Shown: positions 61,467 through 64,000 of the stretch, piece by piece
Position numbering within the stretch: position 1 is the first letter of the stretch
Layout: each line of letters starts with the position of its first letter
Translations under genes and position numbers: made by a program
From: Monocercomonoides exilis PA203
Lineage: Eukaryota > Protista > Preaxostyla
DNA: 64,000 bases
Direction: 5' to 3'
Assembly: GCA_001643675.2 (NCBI GenBank)
Contig: LSRY02000012.1
Location: forward strand, 496,001 to 560,000
The notes under the pieces: model-generated
Database searches by the model: none
What the model saw: only the letters and a program-made list of their open reading frames with translations
Told to the model about the DNA's origin: nothing

Positions 61467-64000
61467 TCAGTAGTCTGGTTGAAATGAAGACGAATGTCGA
61501 GGTGGAGACGTTGGGGTTAAAGATGAAGCGACAGCATCCCGAGGAGAAATTGGAGGTGTGACAAAAGGAGAAGTCAAGTAAGAAACAGATGAAAACAATC
61601 CTTGAGAAGGATTAGCAGATAAATACTGCATGACAGAAGGGGAAATAGAAGGAACAGGTGAAATAGGTAATGCAGGAGCTGCATTTTGAGGCAAAGCATG
61701 ACTTGAACCGCAAGGAGGAAGAAGAGGAAACGAAGAATGGGGCTGCAAATGATTCTGATTTTGAAGTGAAATATGTACGTTTGTTCGGGAACGCTGCAGA
61801 GGAGGACGAAGAAGTTGAGGCTGAGCCGAGCAGCCAGTTGGGAAAGAAGGAGCAGATGGTGCCCTTTTCGAAAAATCTCCAATATCTTTTTTGTTGGATT
61901 GTTCTTCCATGTCATCCTGCCTTCCGGAATTATATTCGTCATTTTCTTTGATAGGAGAGGAATCATACGCCGAAATGCAGTACGAGACATTATCGCGGGG
62001 TGAATTTGGAAGAGATGCTGTACCTTTTGGATTATATTGGGGCACAACTCCAAATGAAGACGTATTAAAAACAAATTGAGGAGGAAGAACACGAGGAGAC
62101 AAAGGTTGAGGGCGAGTTGGTGTGGGATGCAACGGTGGTGCAAGAAGTTTGAGATTTTGAAAAGCTGCTGGATGTTTTGGTGACTGAGCAGGTGTTACGG
62201 ATGGAGAAGGGGTTGTCGAAGAAGATGATTTTTGAGCAGTGACAACCGGGAAAATAGGTAAATATGTAGGCGTGGGAATTCTTGGTGCACGAGGAGATGC
62301 GGGAGGAAGTGAATTATCTCGTGACGATTGAATTGAAGAGGATTGTTCTGCACTTTCTGTTTGTGGCTGCGAATTTTGTGGAGTTGACAGAGGAGAAACG
62401 ACAGAACTTGCTTGATTCACAACATGTAAGGAAGCAGTTGAGATGGACTGCGGTATTGGTGATAAAGAAGAAGGTGGGTTTATCGCTACTGAAGGAACAA
62501 ATGACCGAGAAGAAGAGGGTGCAGACAATCGACCAGATCGCATATTCGCTGATGCATTTAATGAATTAACTTGTGATCTTCCCTGGGAGTTCAGTGAATG
62601 AATAGATACAGACGATTCAAGTGATTGAGGAGTTGGTATAAGACTTGCCGAAGTCACTGATCGGTTCAAAATGGCGGATGTTCTCGCTGAAGAAGGAGCT
62701 GACTGATTTTGTGTTTGCTGAGAAGACGAAAAGATTGCCGGAGGCATCGCAGCTAATGAAGATGATGTATTGAAAGAAGAGACTGTTGATAAAGGTGATG
62801 TGATTGGATAGGAAGACATCATTAAGATAGATGCCTGTCGTTGCAATTGATTAATTTGATTTTGCCTTTCTGCTTCGCTCATTTGATTTGTCAGTTGCCT
62901 CATATTCGACAAACTGGCAGCTGATTGCTGTCTCATCAGTTGCTGCTGCAGTTCTGCAATCTGAGAAATTTGGCTGTGAGTGAAGTTTCTCATCAATTGC
63001 CTTTGTGACTGTTGCTGTTGCAGAATATTTGGAGAAATCGAAGGCTCTGGAGAACGAATTGAAGGCGGAGCAGATATTCGTTTGAAGCATTCATTAGAAT
63101 CTGATGAGGATTCATCGTCAGAAGAATCTGAGGAAATATCATCAGAACTTGTACTTGTATCATTTTCTGAATCACTAACAGGAAAATCGATGTCAAAAGT
63201 GTTGTTTCTTGGAGTTGTGTTGACAGATGAAGATCTTTCCACACTTTCCAAATTGGGAGCAGCACTGAGACAACGTTTTGTGTTCGTCCTTTTCATTGCC
63301 TTTACATTCCCAGAATCATCAGCTGTAATAATTTTGACTGTTCGAAGCCTTTTCTTCTTGTAATTCTCCTCATTCCTGCTGTTTTTATTTGTTTGTTCCT
63401 CAGAAACCATTTCTATTGATCTGCTTGTCTCTTCATTTGTTCTTTGGTTTTCGGTAACAATCACAGCACTTGTAATTGTCACTGTTGGTTTTTTTCCTCC
63501 ACGCCTACCTTCCTCCCATGCTACCCAATGTGTTCTTCCATTCATCATTAGCAGCAAAGATGGGACTGAGCAAATCATTATTGCTGCAGATATAATAAAT
63601 ATTGTCCCCATCAACCCAGCCAGTTTCAGAAGAATTGGATCAAATAATGCAAAGAACGAAGCTCCAAACGAAGCCACCGAAAACGATAGAGAAATACTTT
63701 TCGAAGCATTCACAATCTGTGGCTCAATTACTGATGCAATGAATTCCTTCTCTTCTGCACGCCTTTTTGTGCTTAGAGAAACATCTCCATCAAGAAGCAA
63801 TGGGTTAACTAAGGGATCAGTTGAAGTGAGACGATTGGCTTCTGAACGAAAAGATTCAAAAAGTGCAGTGAAAGAAGAATTTAAAGGATTCTGAGATGCA
63901 TATTTCGTTGAAAAATAGCCTTTTACAGCTGACCGAAATGCAGATGGGTTGAATAGCATGTGAGAAGTGAACGACATTTCTGAAGAATCCGAATTAAGCC
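61467..64000 (-). CDS. 5'-truncated membrane protein with MMPL/RND-like final TM helices and a long disordered tail
   Basis: The frame is open to the window edge. ASKSISLSFSVASFGASFFALFDPILLKLAGLMGTIFIISAAIMICSVPSLLLMMNGRTHW resembles the last TM pair of MMPL proteins (VPAL..LLG...W). About 680 aa of S/P/Q-rich tail follow. Confidence 0.6.
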   Translation of the reverse strand, partial: LNSDSSEMSFTSHMLFNPSAFRSAVKGYFSTKYASQNPLNSSFTALFESFRSEANRLTSTDPLVNPLLLDGDVSLSTKRRAEEKEFIASVIEPQIVNASKSISLSFSVASFGASFFALFDPILLKLAGLMGTIFIISAAIMICSVPSLLLMMNGRTHWVAWEEGRRGGKKPTVTITSAVIVTENQRTNEETSRSIEMVSEEQTNKNSRNEENYKKKRLRTVKIITADDSGNVKAMKRTNTKRCLSAAPNLESVERSSSVNTTPRNNTFDIDFPVSDSENDTSTSSDDISSDSSDDESSSDSNECFKRISAPPSIRSPEPSISPNILQQQQSQRQLMRNFTHSQISQIAELQQQLMRQQSAASLSNMRQLTNQMSEAERQNQINQLQRQASILMMSSYPITSPLSTVSSFNTSSSLAAMPPAIFSSSQQTQNQSAPSSARTSAILNRSVTSASLIPTPQSLESSVSIHSLNSQGRSQVNSLNASANMRSGRLSAPSSSRSFVPSVAINPPSSLSPIPQSISTASLHVVNQASSVVSPLSTPQNSQPQTESAEQSSSIQSSRDNSLPPASPRAPRIPTPTYLPIFPVVTAQKSSSSTTPSPSVTPAQSPKHPAAFQNLKLLAPPLHPTPTRPQPLSPRVLPPQFVFNTSSFGVVPQYNPKGTASLPNSPRDNVSYCISAYDSSPIKENDEYNSGRQDDMEEQSNKKDIGDFSKRAPSAPSFPTGCSAQPQLLRPPLQRSRTNVHISLQNQNHLQPHSSFPLLPPCGSSHALPQNAAPALPISPVPSISPSVMQYLSANPSQGLFSSVSYLTSPFVTPPISPRDAVASSLTPTSPPRHSSSFQPDY

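Overview
Gene-dense, intron-containing eukaryotic DNA with AT-rich intergenic regions, short GT-AG introns (about 60-170 nt) and the standard genetic code. The giant beta-helix receptor-pseudokinase, SPRY-like protein and poly-Ser-inflated housekeeping proteins suggest an oxymonad protist such as Monocercomonoides; this is an inference. I could reconstruct 14 protein-coding genes by hand. Recognisable ones are aspartate aminotransferase, an AAGAB/p34-like protein, an Sds3-like protein, pantothenate kinase, DDB1, RPS18, a WD40 protein, a ~5230-aa NOT1, an NT-C2 protein and a partial MMPL/RND-like protein. Non-coding structure includes a run of six consecutive imperfect palindromes at 2.3-4.1 kb and a ~580-bp foldback at 60.3-60.9 kb. 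Other points of interest are a homology-supported GC-AG intron, a candidate TGGG..GATC promoter motif, and purine/pyrimidine block structure that appears to dictate protein low-complexity content. I saw no tRNA, rRNA, CRISPR array or transposase. All exon models and family calls are by eye, without database searches.
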